Below, piece after piece: positions 25,059 through 37,431 of a DNA stretch of 64,000 nucleotides. Every line of letters begins with the position of its first letter. Within the stretch, counting starts at the first letter, position 1. A model generated the notes under the pieces. It saw only the letters and a list, made by a program, of their open reading frames with translations. It did not search any database and was not told the origin of the DNA. Origin of the DNA: Alloascoidea hylecoeti (taxonomy: Eukaryota); contig BCKZ01000002.1 in assembly GCA_001600815.1 (NCBI GenBank), positions 1,620,294 through 1,684,293 of the forward strand. The letters run 5' to 3'. The translations under genes were made by a program, and so were the position numbers.

Positions 25059-26108
25059 CTAAAAAGAACTCCAACTCCAATCAGCAGGAACACTACCCAT
25101 TTTTAAATCATCATCATTATCATCATCATCGATCATTTTAATATCAATTAAATGATTATTATTTTTTAAATCATCAAAATCCATGATATTCATATTCATA
25201 TTCATATTCATATTCATATTCATATTTTGTATTATATTTATATTCCCATTATGATTTGAAGATTTTAAATTTATTTTTAATTTAATTAATTGTAATCTTT
25301 CTTGATTTTGATAATCTTTAAAACATAAATTACAAGTTTTGCCCCATATACCAATTTCATTAATATTATCATTATAACCAATTAAAAAATTTGAATTTAA
25401 ATTAAATTTTGAAAAATTTAATAAACAATTAAAACAGAATATTAAACCACATTTTCTGCAATGATGTTTTCTTGTAAAAATAGAGAATTTTATATTACAA
25501 TTTGGATTTGAGCAGCTTAAAGTTGATGAATTTGGTTTCCAATGTTTTTTTGAAATGTTATTATCGTAATTATTTGATAAAGATAGTAAAGATTGAGAAG
25601 TTGAAGATCTGTGGATTGAGGATTTTTGTTGGTCATCAGGGATGGAAGAAGAAGATCTAAGAACAGCAGGGACATATAATGGAGTTTTCAAGTCACTTTT
25701 ATTCCTACTGACCTTGACAGATATTTTCATAGAATCCTCGGAAGATGGTTTCGGAGCAGGCATGACCGGTTTTGGTAGAGAGATATCGGCCGTGGCAAGG
25801 GTGTATGTTACGTGTCGGGACAAGTCAGGCAGAGGAGGAGGTATGCCTGGGATGCTGTGGTCATCGTCACAGGGAGAGTTGAAGGGGAGTTTCTGGCCGA
25901 TACCGTCGTCGAGATCCAGGGCCAGACTCTTGAGAGAAGTCTTTGAGTTTGAGTGAGAGGAGTGAAGAGAGGACGGCAACTTTGAGACACACTTTGATTT
26001 TGCGGAGATGTGCTGTTTTTCGAAGGACAGAGAAGTAGCACTGGAAGGAGCACTGGAAAGGGTGCTGGACGGGGTGCTGGACGAAGAAAGGGTACTACAA
26101 TCACTCAT
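25059..26108 (-). CDS. PIB2: FYVE-domain TORC1 activator Pib2, ~349 aa
   Basis: LYVPAVLR motif, FYVE (HWKPN..C..C..RKHHCRKCG.IFC..C..C..C), C-terminal tail GSVPADWSWSSF; ATG at 26108; hexamer repeat encodes (NM)n. Confidence 0.88.
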   Translation of the reverse strand: MSDCSTLSSSSTPSSTLSSAPSSATSLSFEKQHISAKSKCVSKLPSSLHSSHSNSKTSLKSLALDLDDGIGQKLPFNSPCDDDHSIPGIPPPLPDLSRHVTYTLATADISLPKPVMPAPKPSSEDSMKISVKVSRNKSDLKTPLYVPAVLRSSSSIPDDQQKSSIHRSSTSQSLLSLSNNYDNNISKKHWKPNSSTLSCSNPNCNIKFSIFTRKHHCRKCGLIFCFNCLLNFSKFNLNSNFLIGYNDNINEIGIWGKTCNLCFKDYQNQERLQLIKLKINLKSSNHNGNINIIQNMNMNMNMNMNMNIMDFDDLKNNNHLIDIKMIDDDDNDDDLKMGSVPADWSWSSF

Positions 26109-27739
26109 CAATTATACACTTTGGTTTGAACGAGCGAACAGCGACGGGGCCTCTATTTATCACCACAGAGCACTATGCAGGGCTCGTAATTACCCGCCGC
26201 TCATTGGCCGTGGCTCGCTGCTGGCTGCCGCTGGCTGCCGCTGGACGCTGCGCGTCGCAGCCAATCACGCCGCTCCGCTGCCGCAGCTAAGTCCGCGAAA
26301 CCACGCAGTCACATGTCTACACCCGAGCACCCGAGCACCGTGCGATCTGCATGGGTGGGCTGACTAATCGTGGAAATTCCTTCCTGCCGTTGCTGGGGTT
26401 ACGTGTGCAAATCTTTATATTACGTCGATATTGATCCTGATACAATCAAAGTAGTAGGGTTTTCCCTGAGAAGTTTAGCCCAGGGCGGACTCTGAACAAG
26501 TTATCCCCAATCTAAGTTGCTTAGTCATCAATCACTAGTTAGCAATCCGCAAAACAAGACACATTTGTTTGAAAAGTTAAAGTTATTTAGAAATAAATAC
26601 CTGATGAAAAACAATGACTTTATTAATTTTAATAAAATGCTGATCAATAAAGAATATTAATTGATTCTGGTTTCAAATCATATCATCACGTGCGGTATCA
26701 CATGTCTTATGCATCAGCTACTATTCTTTTCAAACATCACTTCAAAACAAATCAGCATCATTATAACCAGCTATTTAGTACTTTACAAGCCCTTAGATTG
26801 GCATTAAAGTACGTGATGGGCCGTGAATGCAATAAAGATCATATTAGTTTATCTAAAATCCCATATTAAGTTCAATAATTACTTCTAGAGGTCACCACTC
26901 CACGAGGCATAAAGTCAATTAGATCATCAATGATATCCTTGGCGATCCAATATTTTGAAAAAGATATATAAATAATAAGTCTCACTTCATTTCCATACCT
27001 TGTGGAAGGCTCATAATAGTATACACGTAATTTCTGCCTTGCGATGAACTTTTTTGAAGAGACTCCTAACGGTTGGAGTGGAAATACGAGAACAACGGAA
27101 ACAACGGAGTGAGATCTGAACCTTGGAGAGTTCTAGTTATTTATATGAGCGATACAAGCTGTCTATGAATGTAAGTGACTCTAGGAGACTAGAGAAAACG
27201 AGACGATCTTATATAGTAAATATCGCAAACTTTATATAGAAAAGAGAAGAATGATAATAGAAAAAAAATGAAAATACAATAATCACTAACTTAATCAAAA
27301 ATGAAGATTTCCCTCAAATCACTTCAATTCCGACTCCTCTTTGCTCTTAGCTTCAATGCTAACTTTTTGTAGATTATTCAAAATCTACTACGTAATCTAG
27401 TTTAAAATAAGATCTTTCCATCAGAATTGGTATATCCCGTAAGTTTAGTAGGCTTTCACCCGAGTTTGTGCCATACGACAAAAAGGGCAAATCACCCGAT
27501 CATGTCATCTGAACCCTAGCTAGCAGTAGCGTTTATTAGGCCGTTTAATTGAATTTTAATAAAAAATAAAGTTGAAAAGAATGCCATTCCATCTCCTTTT
27601 CACAAAACCAATTCATTATCACGATTTCTGCTTGATGAATATGATACTCACAGGAATATCATAAAGGGCCTCTTACAAAAGCTAAATAAATGAACCTACG
27701 ATGACTCATTTTTCATCCTTATATATATACATGTATATA

Positions 27740-28828
27740 CTATACCACAACATTGTTATGTTGCAACCACAAATTACAAAACCAGAAGCAAATATATTTT
27801 ATTATAAACTCTTTCAGTAAAATACACTTAATCTTTTTTTTATTCTGATCATTTTTTCAATATTTCCTCTTTGTAAAATTTTCAGTGGTGTTAGAAATTT
27901 TCTAAAATTTAAGGCATATTATATGCATGATTTCAGTATCTCCATTCATAAAACACAACATTATACCATGATTAATTGTAAATGTAAGCTTACATATCAT
28001 GCCAAATTGATATCACAAGATTCCTTCTAGGATTAAATAATACTGTAAAGTTTTTTTTAGATGTTTTCTTAAAGCAGTTATCGTAGTTTAGTTAGTGTGA
28101 GATTTGAAAAGATCTATAAATTTTGGACCACTACACCAAAATACGAAAAAGTTTCCAAATCATTGAAACTCAAAAGTTGAAAATTTAAAACAACTCCTAA
28201 ATCGCCATCAGATTTTAAATTGCATACACTAGGAATCTAATGAATGATAATAATCACAGTAAATTATCAAAACAAAAATCACCCACCGAAATTAAAGGCT
28301 TTTTGGTATACATGTATACTATGGAGAAGAAAGAGCTACTTTGGAGACTTCTCTGGTTTTTTTTTTTTTTGTGTAAAAATGGTTTTGGTACTAATTTTAA
28401 ACATTTTTGTGAGCTGATTAATGAGATGATTGTGGAGGGCGTGCTAAAGGATTCCCATCAAAATTTTGTCAACAAGCTTAAAGAGAGCGATAAAAAAGAA
28501 TTATTGTACCACAAAATATTATATACTGGTAATTGAAAGATACTCAATATACTCCTCTATGATCAAAACTAGAAAAGTAGATACCTAAATATTTTTAAGA
28601 GGATCTAAAACATCTTCTTGAATGCTATATCTTTACCTAGTTATAGGGAAGCTTTCATAACTAGATCACGATCGCGAAATTCTCATATTTGGACCCTTTA
28701 TAAAACAGACAAACATTTAGAAGAACGGGATGAGTGAGTAATTTTCTTAGATTAAATTTCTAATGCGAACTAAATTTAAATAATTACTAGTATCGTGGTT
28801 ACAACAAAATAATGTTGTGGTATCCAAG
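27740..28828. mobile_element. Degenerate TIR DNA transposon (~1.1 kb)
   Basis: Left ATACCACAACATTGTTATGTTGCAACCAC and right GTGGTTACAACAAAATAATGTTGTGGTAT are imperfect inverted repeats with TA nearby; the interior is repeated at 31.8-32.3 kb. Confidence 0.6.
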
Positions 28829-29398
28829 TATACGCATAATAACACATAGAGTGAAGTACAATCATACCATATGATTCACATACCCAGATTTCCTTTATAT
28901 TATTATTAAACATTTTGAACATTCGTCACTGAATACAACATTATTCTAATCCTTCTTTAGATCATATATATATCTTGTTTCTCTTCTCATTCAAAGAAGA
29001 CTTTCTACGTGCCGAATATGTTGCATATTAAACATTTTAAAGAGGGATCCTTTAGGGTGTTAATTTATATTTCAATGTTGAACTTTCAACAAAGGTATCC
29101 AAAGTGGAAGATTTTATAATCCTCGGTACTGGATTTACTGCCCTTTAGTAACTGATGGAGGCTCTCTAATTTACTGTGAAAAAACACAAACACACACTAA
29201 AATAGAGAAAAAGAAAAAAGTTTTATCTACTCTTGGATCTTGCCCTTTACGAAAACAGAGGTTGGAATTGGGTCTGAGAGCGAAACTAGAGATATCGCAT
29301 GCAGAATAACCATTTTCGTCCCAAAGAGGAAATAAATTTAAAGGTGCTAATTGCCTTTCTGCTCTATAACTATACAGCATAAATTTATAATTTGAACT

Positions 29399-30798
29399 TC
29401 AAGATAGTCTCACTTCAAAGGGTGAAATGATCAAATTATAGTCATCTAGAATTGAAAGTGGACTATAAGATTCCAGATCCTTTATATTTGAATGCATATT
29501 ATCAACAATGTGATAGAAATATCCATTTAGAAGACATTTGACATTGAATTCATCATCTATATACCAACTATCAATTTCTCTATCATTTGAAGTTGGAATT
29601 GGAGAATTATGACATTGAATAGTTTCATTTTTCAAATCAATTAAAATTTTAAATAAAAACCCTAAGCTTGAAGTATATTCATAAACAGCCATAATGAATC
29701 TTCCATTATATGAATCTGATATTTTACACATCTTACACTCAGCATTAGGTATTCCATAATCTGAAAAATCAATCAGATTTGTCCAATTATTATTACTCTC
29801 AAAATTTGTTTTAATGTTTTTTTGGTTATCAACGAAATTATAATTATTAATTGAATATTTGTTCCTAGATGGAGAACGGTTTAATTCCCCAATAATATCA
29901 AAAATATTCTGGATCTATATCATATTCTCAGTAAAATAAAATATGTGTGATTCATTAACAGAAATTTCAATAACCATATCCTCATAGTCGGAGGTTGGGA
30001 GAATTGATTGCAAATTTAGAGATCCTAACTTTTTTCCGTTGGATTTATTCAATACAATAAGTTTCGTTATACTTTCTGATTTAGCAAATTTATAACATAC
30101 TAGGGATCTATCTGAGGTTACATAAAAGTAATCTCTATCAGTTATAAGTTGATATTTGAGTTTCAAATATTTCTCTACAACTGAATTAGTAAAATATACA
30201 TGGAAATCTTGTTTGATTGGTATCTTTACACCTAATCCTTCAACCTTAATCGTTTGTGAGCTAAGTCTCCAAACGGAATCTTCACTGTACGAGTTCGGAA
30301 TTCTATTGTCATGTGTCCATTTGTAACACCTTTGTCCCCACTAGCACTTTTTTTTTTTCAATTCTAACTCTTTGTCCAATGAATCTTCTATACTTAATAT
30401 TGAATAATCGAGGTCCAGTTTTTTTTTTTTTCATTGACCTCTCCGCCGTTTAGAGTTATATAATAATTGGGTTTTAAATTCAAAACTAAAGAAAATCTTG
30501 AGCTTAAAGAAAGACAAGACTTTGGAGGTTTGAATTGTTTCCTATTTGTATCTTCATTATAAATAATTTCTGGCTCATTAACTATATTATCATCAATGAC
30601 AGGACTAATTGAAAAGGTAAAAACAACGTTCATCAATCTTTGCTCAATAATTTTAATAACTTGGACTTTGCCTTGATAATATCTTAGATTCTCCGAAGGA
30701 TCAATAGGAGATTGACCAAAAGGACAGGCAGCTAAGCTTAGTGATGAGTTGAATGTTGAATAGAGACTTTTACATGTTCTCGATAAGATTGAATATTG
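29399..30798 (-). pseudogene. Decayed F-box family gene (copy B; start codon and most of the F-box deleted)
   Basis: Colinear DNA homology to 53724-55270; begins at QYSILSRTCK; frameshifted pieces 30394-30636, 29915-30166, 29399-29731. Confidence 0.75.
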
Positions 30799-31767
30799 AA
30801 AAGAGAGAAGAGTAAGTACTTATATAGCATTTGTTTGATTTAAGATTATCAATATCAACTTGCTCCAGAATATTTATTATAGTGTCAAACTCCAACTAGA
30901 AAGCTGTAGGAGTGGTCATTGACACAATATACGAACATATTGTTCTGAATACAACAGATTTAAATAGTAAAACATTTCATTTTAAATTCAATGTAACGAA
31001 TCCTTGGACTTTTCTATTGGAGCTTGGTACTATAATCTGGAACAATTGATTTATAAATCAGAACCAGAAAACCTTAAAGATTACTATCTCAATATTAAGA
31101 ACAAATTACAAAGATAATACTGTAAATATAAAAGGAATAACAAAACACAATAAAGTATAAATAACGCAAGATGGTACTTCACTATCATCAATAAAACTGA
31201 CTCCTTGGAAATATGATAAGGTTTAAACCCAGGAATTGAATATATTTGTGAAAAAATTTTCGATAGGAGGGCACTCATCTATTGAATATATGGGTCCTAC
31301 CGGCGTTACTTCATATATGTGCCAGAGCAATTAAAAGCATCAATAAACTGGAACTTTTGAATGGACCATATTATAGAGTTACTTCAGGTGTTAAGAGGCT
31401 TTCCAAGATTGTACCTATTCTTAGCATTAATGAAATCGTGGAAATGGTGAATTACGCGAAGAACATAACCTCCATCTCTATGACGTATTCCACATGGTGA
31501 TAACGTTAACGACGCCAAAGACTTCTGAAATCTATAAAAAAAATAACCACTAGATTTTCCTGTGTCTCTAAAGATATTTACATTTTACATATATTCACAC
31601 GCACTTAATTGGATTTAACGTTAAAAAGAATACCATCTATCTCCTTGTCACAAAACCAATTCATCGCCATTCCGGCTATAAAAGATAGGTATTCCCCTAC
31701 TTTAATATGTGACCCTGAGACCCTAACCACTATACCCTCAACCCCATAGAACTCGAATGATTTAGCA

Positions 31768-32350
31768 TACTCCGATACCGCAACATTGTTGTGTTGCAAC
31801 CACAAATTACAAAACCAGCAACAAAATAATTTATTAAAAATACTGCCACTAAAGTCTACTTAATTAATCTCATTATTCAGATAATCGTTGTTCAATATTT
31901 TTCTCTTTGTAATTTTTTCTGTGGTGTTAGAATTTTCTATATAATATGCCGCTTTGATCATGAGCTCCGCTCAGTAGATCCATTCATAAAACCCAATTTA
32001 TTCCACGACTAATTGGAAGCTACAATATTAATATCGTATGATGCTTCTATGATCAAGGAATAGTATAGAAAAATTTTAAAACAGTGATTTTAATGTAGTT
32101 TGAGAAATGAGAAGATCTATAAATTCTGGACGGTCACACCAATATACGAAAAGGTTCAAATCTGCAACTCAAAAGTTCCGGATCCATTTTCAAAAAAGCT
32201 ATACTAAATCATAACAGAATTTAAAATAGCACAAACAACGATTCTAATGAATGAGAACAATCACAGTGAATTATCAAAACAAGACTCCCATCAAAATCAA
32301 GGTTTTTTTTTATGACTTGGTTTTGTGTAAAAATGATTGTAGCGCTAATC
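31768..32350. mobile_element. Second, partial copy of the 27.7-kb TIR element (left end + ~0.55 kb)
   Basis: TACTCCGATACCGCAACATTGTTGTGTTGCAACCACAAATTACAAAACCAG matches 27741-27785; similarity continues to TTTGTGTAAAAATG. Confidence 0.6.
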
Positions 32351-33648
32351 TATGGTATGTTTAAATTTTCTTAGAAACTTAAAAGTAAGTTTAATAAAGA
32401 ATCTATTGGAGACTCAGTTCTAAATACAATGATAATAATATAAGGTGAAAAATTAAAGGAATCTCAAGCTTTTGAATATTGGAATATCTATATTTAGCTA
32501 ATTTTATGGATAATTATTTATAGTTCTACTGTAAAGGTTTTTAGTACCCAATCCTTACTACATATACAGTATATCTATAATCAATATCTATATATAACTT
32601 CTGGTGATATATCCAGAATTACATTACGAATCAATAGGATTATTAAGAAAACTTATCATCTATTGGGGCTATGATTAAATGATTACAAATAAAATAAAAT
32701 GGCATTGTAACCAAAATATTAACTTGTAGAGGCTATGGGGCAAATTATGTTTTTATTTCCGACCACATTACAAATAAAAAGTGGCAAAATTACCTATAAC
32801 TAGTTGTTTAATATTCTACAATGTTCTATAAGTTCTAGATATTCTAATAATCGACAACAATTTAGCTACCTGTGTATGGAAATAACATTTTAAGTTTAGT
32901 ATTTAACCTCGATGTCATAAACGGCTGCCACTCCATAAGGCATGGATGGAGTATTAGGATCCCTGCCACTATAGAGTCTAAACAATGAAGAGTGACATCC
33001 TTTCCAAATTTCAGTCCATAGACTCCGTAGAGTCCATACCATAAAACTTACATCAGAGTACACAGACCCAGAATGAATTCCTTATACGTATACGTGAAAT
33101 ATTTTAATGTTCAAAGGTCTGGCTTTATTGTCATCGAGTATACTTCTTTCCCAGACCCGAATCCTGAAGCGACCGAATATTCATTACTAAACACAAGATC
33201 ATTCCAAACGTCATGAGACCGCTCCAATCTATTATTATACGATATCATTCTATTCCTTTGGTCATTCTCATTCAGAAAAGACCTTTTACATGCCTAGAAT
33301 ATTCCATATCAATGTCTTTTTATCAAAATGGTTTTTTAGGGTTAGCGTCATTAGAGTGGTGCCCGAAAGAAAAGCGTAAGATTGGCGGTAAAATTAGTAA
33401 CGTCAACTTCATTATAAAATATAACTGGTGATCATAACAGCAAATAAAATGAATATTAATCATGAAGTATTCATTGAATATATATTTATAACGTTATATC
33501 TTAATTATAAACAAAGCTCCTATAGCTTTAACAAATATAATTATAAATCAATTACAATTAAAATAAGTATAAAAAAAAATGAAATAAATAAAATAGAAAA
33601 AATAAAATTATATTCAAAAAGACACATTTACAAAATCAATTAATCAAT

Positions 33649-33681
<33 letters not shown>

Positions 33682-34275
33682 GAAAAATACTAATATAATA
33701 ATAAGACAAAAAAATTATTTATTAAATTAAATTAAAGACACAGAAAAGATAAAAAAAAAAAAAATTTAAAAAAAAAAGTCAGTTTTTTTTTTTTATTCAT
33801 GGTATCCAGATCCAAGTTTTATATTTATAAGATAAGATTATCAATGTTTTTTTTTAAAGATTGTCTTGTTTTTTCCATTTATTTTATTTTATTTCATTGT
33901 TTAAATCAGTTTATATAGTAATAAATATTTATTTTCTTCCTTTATTCTTTTTTATAAACGATTGTTTCGAAATAAATATCCGCAAGATCAAAGTTTATAA
34001 TTTTGTTTTTTTGATTGTCTTGTATTTGTTTGTCATTTATTTAAATCAGATGTATAGTACTAATTATTGCTTTATTGTTTTATTCCTTTATTCCATTCCT
34101 CCCTGTAATTTTTTTATATTTTTTTCTTTATTTGTATTTTTTTTTTATAAACGATTGTTGTTGTTTTGTTTCTAAATAATCAACATTAATAATATGAGAT
34201 TAAATAATTTCAAATTCAAAACTTGTACTGTATCTTTATCACAAGTTGTATATCAAATATTATTCCTGGATAAAA

Positions 34276-36124
34276 TTATGCTCTTTTACCACCAACTTTT
34301 AAACTCTTAACTCTTCTAATAAAGGAACTACCGCCATTCATATTATTTCGTTGTTTTGATGATTGTTCAACAGGTTTAACAATAGTATTAACCGATTGTT
34401 TCTTATCATTTTCATAATAATAACCACCAGTTGCAAGTGTAGGTGCATGAGGTGCAGAGGTTGAAAGAGAGTCTTCACCACCAGTTTCAAATGAATCATT
34501 TGAATCAATACTTTGTGTTAAATGTAATGCATTACTTGTTTCACGATCAGGTCTTGGTGGTAAATTTTCAGATCTTTCTTTTTCAAGTCGACGTCTTGTA
34601 CTACCTTTTCTCAAAACTCTTGCTAGAGATTTTGATCTACCAAGACCTCCTTCACTTGTAGTTTTTGATCTTGATAGTGCAGCTTCTTCTAATATAGCAG
34701 ACCTTGGAGCAACTGAACCTTCCAAAAATGTAGTACTACCTAAACCTAAAGATGGATCACCATGAACAGGTTCAGCATTTTGTCTTGTATCAAAAGCAAT
34801 TATTGATTGAGCATATGGATCAACTTTTCTTGTTAAGCCAGTATGACCATTATTAATTAATGAAGCGCTTGTTTCAATTGCATTATCATCATCATCATCA
34901 TTCCTACCCATTATATTATTAATTGCTTGATTTTTACTTTCAGATGCAGGTAGAGCAACCAATGCATTATTTGGACCATCAGCAGGGAATGCATTAACAG
35001 GGGCCTTTTGACTTACTTTATTACGATGTGGAGTACAAGCATCAAAAGGACCATCATGGTGGAAAGCACCACCACCAAAAAATCCAGTAACATCTAATTT
35101 ATCAATTGTATCTAAAGGAGTTCCCTTTTTTTTATTTTTTGAAGACCGATGACGATGAGAATGAGGTTTTGAAGATTTAGAATTTGGATTTGAATTTGAA
35201 TGTGAATGTGAATGTGAAGCAGAACGACTTGATTTTCTTGTTCTACTTGAATCTTTTTGAGTTGAACGATGTGAATGATGATGTCTTTCAGTCGTATTTT
35301 CTCTTTCTGATCGATCTTGAATAACACGATCGGATAAATCAGTTGCAGATCGACCAAATTCAGGTCTAGTGGAAGAACGAGAAGAAGAAGAATGATGATG
35401 GCTTGAACCTTGTTTAGAAGAAGATCTGTGTGGATCTCTTGACACTTTTCTAGAACTTGTATTTGTGTTTGAGATACTAGGTTCAGAATCATAAGAATCA
35501 CTTGAAGCAGAAGAAGAATAAGAATTGTGGCGTCTATGTTTATTAGTTTTTATGTTAGTATTAGTTTTGGTTTTAATAGGTTTCTTTTTGGTTTGGATTT
35601 CATGTTCTGAATTTGAATAAGAATCAGAGTCGGAATCTGAAGTATAAGAATGAAAGGAATCTGAATCACTCTTCTCTTCAATTTTATCCAATTTCTTTGC
35701 AGGCATTTTATGAAATAATTATAAATTTTGGGGGATATGAAGCGAAAGAGGAGGATTCAGAGGCAATTATATAAATTTAAGAAATTCCAAATTTTAAAAG
35801 GTGTTTCAAGTTTCAAGGTGGTTTCACATACCTATGGGACGAGCTGAATGGATTTACTTCAGCCTCAGGATTCCTAGATAATAAATTAGTATACATGCGA
35901 GTAATTAAGCAAACAAGGTGAAACAGAAATGGACACAGGGTGAGACTGAGACATTCTAATACATACTTTGGGGCCCAAGGGTTTGAAATGGGTTTTGGAG
36001 GTCGCTCAGTGTGTTTCACGCGGGAATTGGCAGATTCGTCAAACGGAGACGACTGGACGGACCCAGAAGGCCGCTGGGGGCTGACCAGTCGTCGGAAAGG
36101 ATTGTTTGAGTTGAGAACAGACAT
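34276..36124 (-). CDS. PAL1: Pal1 endocytic/morphogenesis protein; join(36124..35967,35873..35832,35533..34276), ~485 aa
   Basis: Pal1 core DTIDKLDVTGFFGGGAFHHDGPFDACTPHRN..APVNAFPADGPNN; NPF motifs in exons 1 and 2; introns GTATGT..TACTAAT..TAG (93 nt) and GTATGT..TACTAAC..TAG (298 nt) keep the frame. Confidence 0.9.
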
Positions 36125-36219
36125 CGTGAGCAGCAGAAGTGGAGTGGCAAAGAAAGGAAGTGGAGGTGGAAGTTGGACGTGGAAGCAAACCTTCCTACGT
36201 TAATTATATCGTTTGCGTG

Positions 36220-36335
36220 GAGCACGTGACACCACTATCTGCATGGTGATGCGTGACCGCGTTTCGTGACGTTTTTACGTTTGCACGTGCACGTGCACGT
36301 GCACGCGGAGTGCACGTGGCGTGATGACGTAATCG
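36220..36335. promoter_or_regulatory. E-box/CRE cluster in the PAL1-SUR2 divergent promoter
   Basis: CACGTG at 36223, 36284, 36290, 36296, 36313; CACGCG at 36302; TGACGTAA at 36325. Confidence 0.7.
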
Positions 36336-36396
36336 CCGCTCCTCATTTTTGATATTTGATTTCCGTCCATTTGCGTCCACAAAAAACCGACAATAA

Positions 36397-37431
36397 ATGC
36401 TTGATCTGCTACAGTTAGTCTCCATAAACTCCACGGCCTCCCTGGACCTGTCCGTCCCCGTGCCGCCGCCCAGAAGCCTTTCGCCACAACCCCCGCTGGT
36501 AAACGGCATCCCGGACGGAATTCTTGCGCTTGCTGCGCCGGTCGTTGTTTACTGGTTTTACTCAACTTTCTTCCACATTATTGATGTAAACGACTATTGG
36601 GCAAAATACAGAATCCATACTCCTGATGAAATAACAAAACGAAATAAAGTCACCTTAAACCAGGTTATAAAAGAAGTAATCATTCAGCATATCATACAAT
36701 CAATAACTGGTTATGTATTCTATTATTTTGATCCAATACAACAAACTGGAATGGAACTTCATGAAATGTGGTTATTGAAAAAAAATTATCCACAGTTACC
36801 AACTCCAATCATTTATTTCTTGTATTATTATGGATTTTCTTTTATTAAGATCTTCATTGCTTTTGCTTTTATTGATACTTGGCAATATTTCTTACATCGT
36901 TTAATGCATGTTAATAAAACCCTTTATAGGAAATTCCATTCTCGTCATCATCGTTTATATGTTCCATATGCCTATGGTGCTTTATATAATGCTCCATTTG
37001 AAGGTTTTTTATTAGATACTTGTGGTTCTGGTTTGTCTGCAATTTTAACGGGTTTAACGCAAAGAGAATCAATTATTTTATATACTTTTTCAACTTTAAA
37101 AACTGTTGATGATCATTGTGGTTATTCATTACCTTATGATCCTTTTCAAAAATTATTTCCTAATAATGCTGTTTATCATGATATTCATCATCAACATTTT
37201 GGTATAAAGACTAATTTCTCTCAACCTTTTTTCACTTTTTGGGATAAGGTTTTAAAAACTGAATATCATGGTAATAGATCTTATTTTAAAAAGCAAGAAA
37301 AAATTAATGTTGAAAAATATAAAGAATTTTTATCATCATCATCATCATCATCATCAACAAATTTAAATACAATTTCAAATGGAAAAGAAACTACTACTAT
37401 AATTGAAACCAATGAAAAGAAGGATAAATAG
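36397..37431 (+). CDS. SUR2: Sphinganine C4-hydroxylase, 344 aa
   Basis: DGILALAAPVVVYW; His boxes HRLMH, HSRHH, HDIHH; YVPYAYGALY; KTVDDHCGY. Confidence 0.95.
   Translation: MLDLLQLVSINSTASLDLSVPVPPPRSLSPQPPLVNGIPDGILALAAPVVVYWFYSTFFHIIDVNDYWAKYRIHTPDEITKRNKVTLNQVIKEVIIQHIIQSITGYVFYYFDPIQQTGMELHEMWLLKKNYPQLPTPIIYFLYYYGFSFIKIFIAFAFIDTWQYFLHRLMHVNKTLYRKFHSRHHRLYVPYAYGALYNAPFEGFLLDTCGSGLSAILTGLTQRESIILYTFSTLKTVDDHCGYSLPYDPFQKLFPNNAVYHDIHHQHFGIKTNFSQPFFTFWDKVLKTEYHGNRSYFKKQEKINVEKYKEFLSSSSSSSSTNLNTISNGKETTTIIETNEKKDK

Noticed and set aside
27001..27390. Solo LTR-like stretch starting TGTGGA
   Set aside because: No clear CA end or TSD; cannot be supported without a genome search.
31084..31500. 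Possible fourth F-box relic
   Set aside because: No convincing F-box motif in any frame and no DNA similarity seen to the other copies.
33428..34175. ORFs 33428-33643 and 33861-34175
   Set aside because: Low-complexity A/T-run sequence downstream of PAL1.
36016..36565. Overlapping ORFs with RARAR/VHVHV repeats (also 25642-26367)
   Set aside because: By-products of GC-rich promoters, the CACGTG repeat and antisense frames of real genes.
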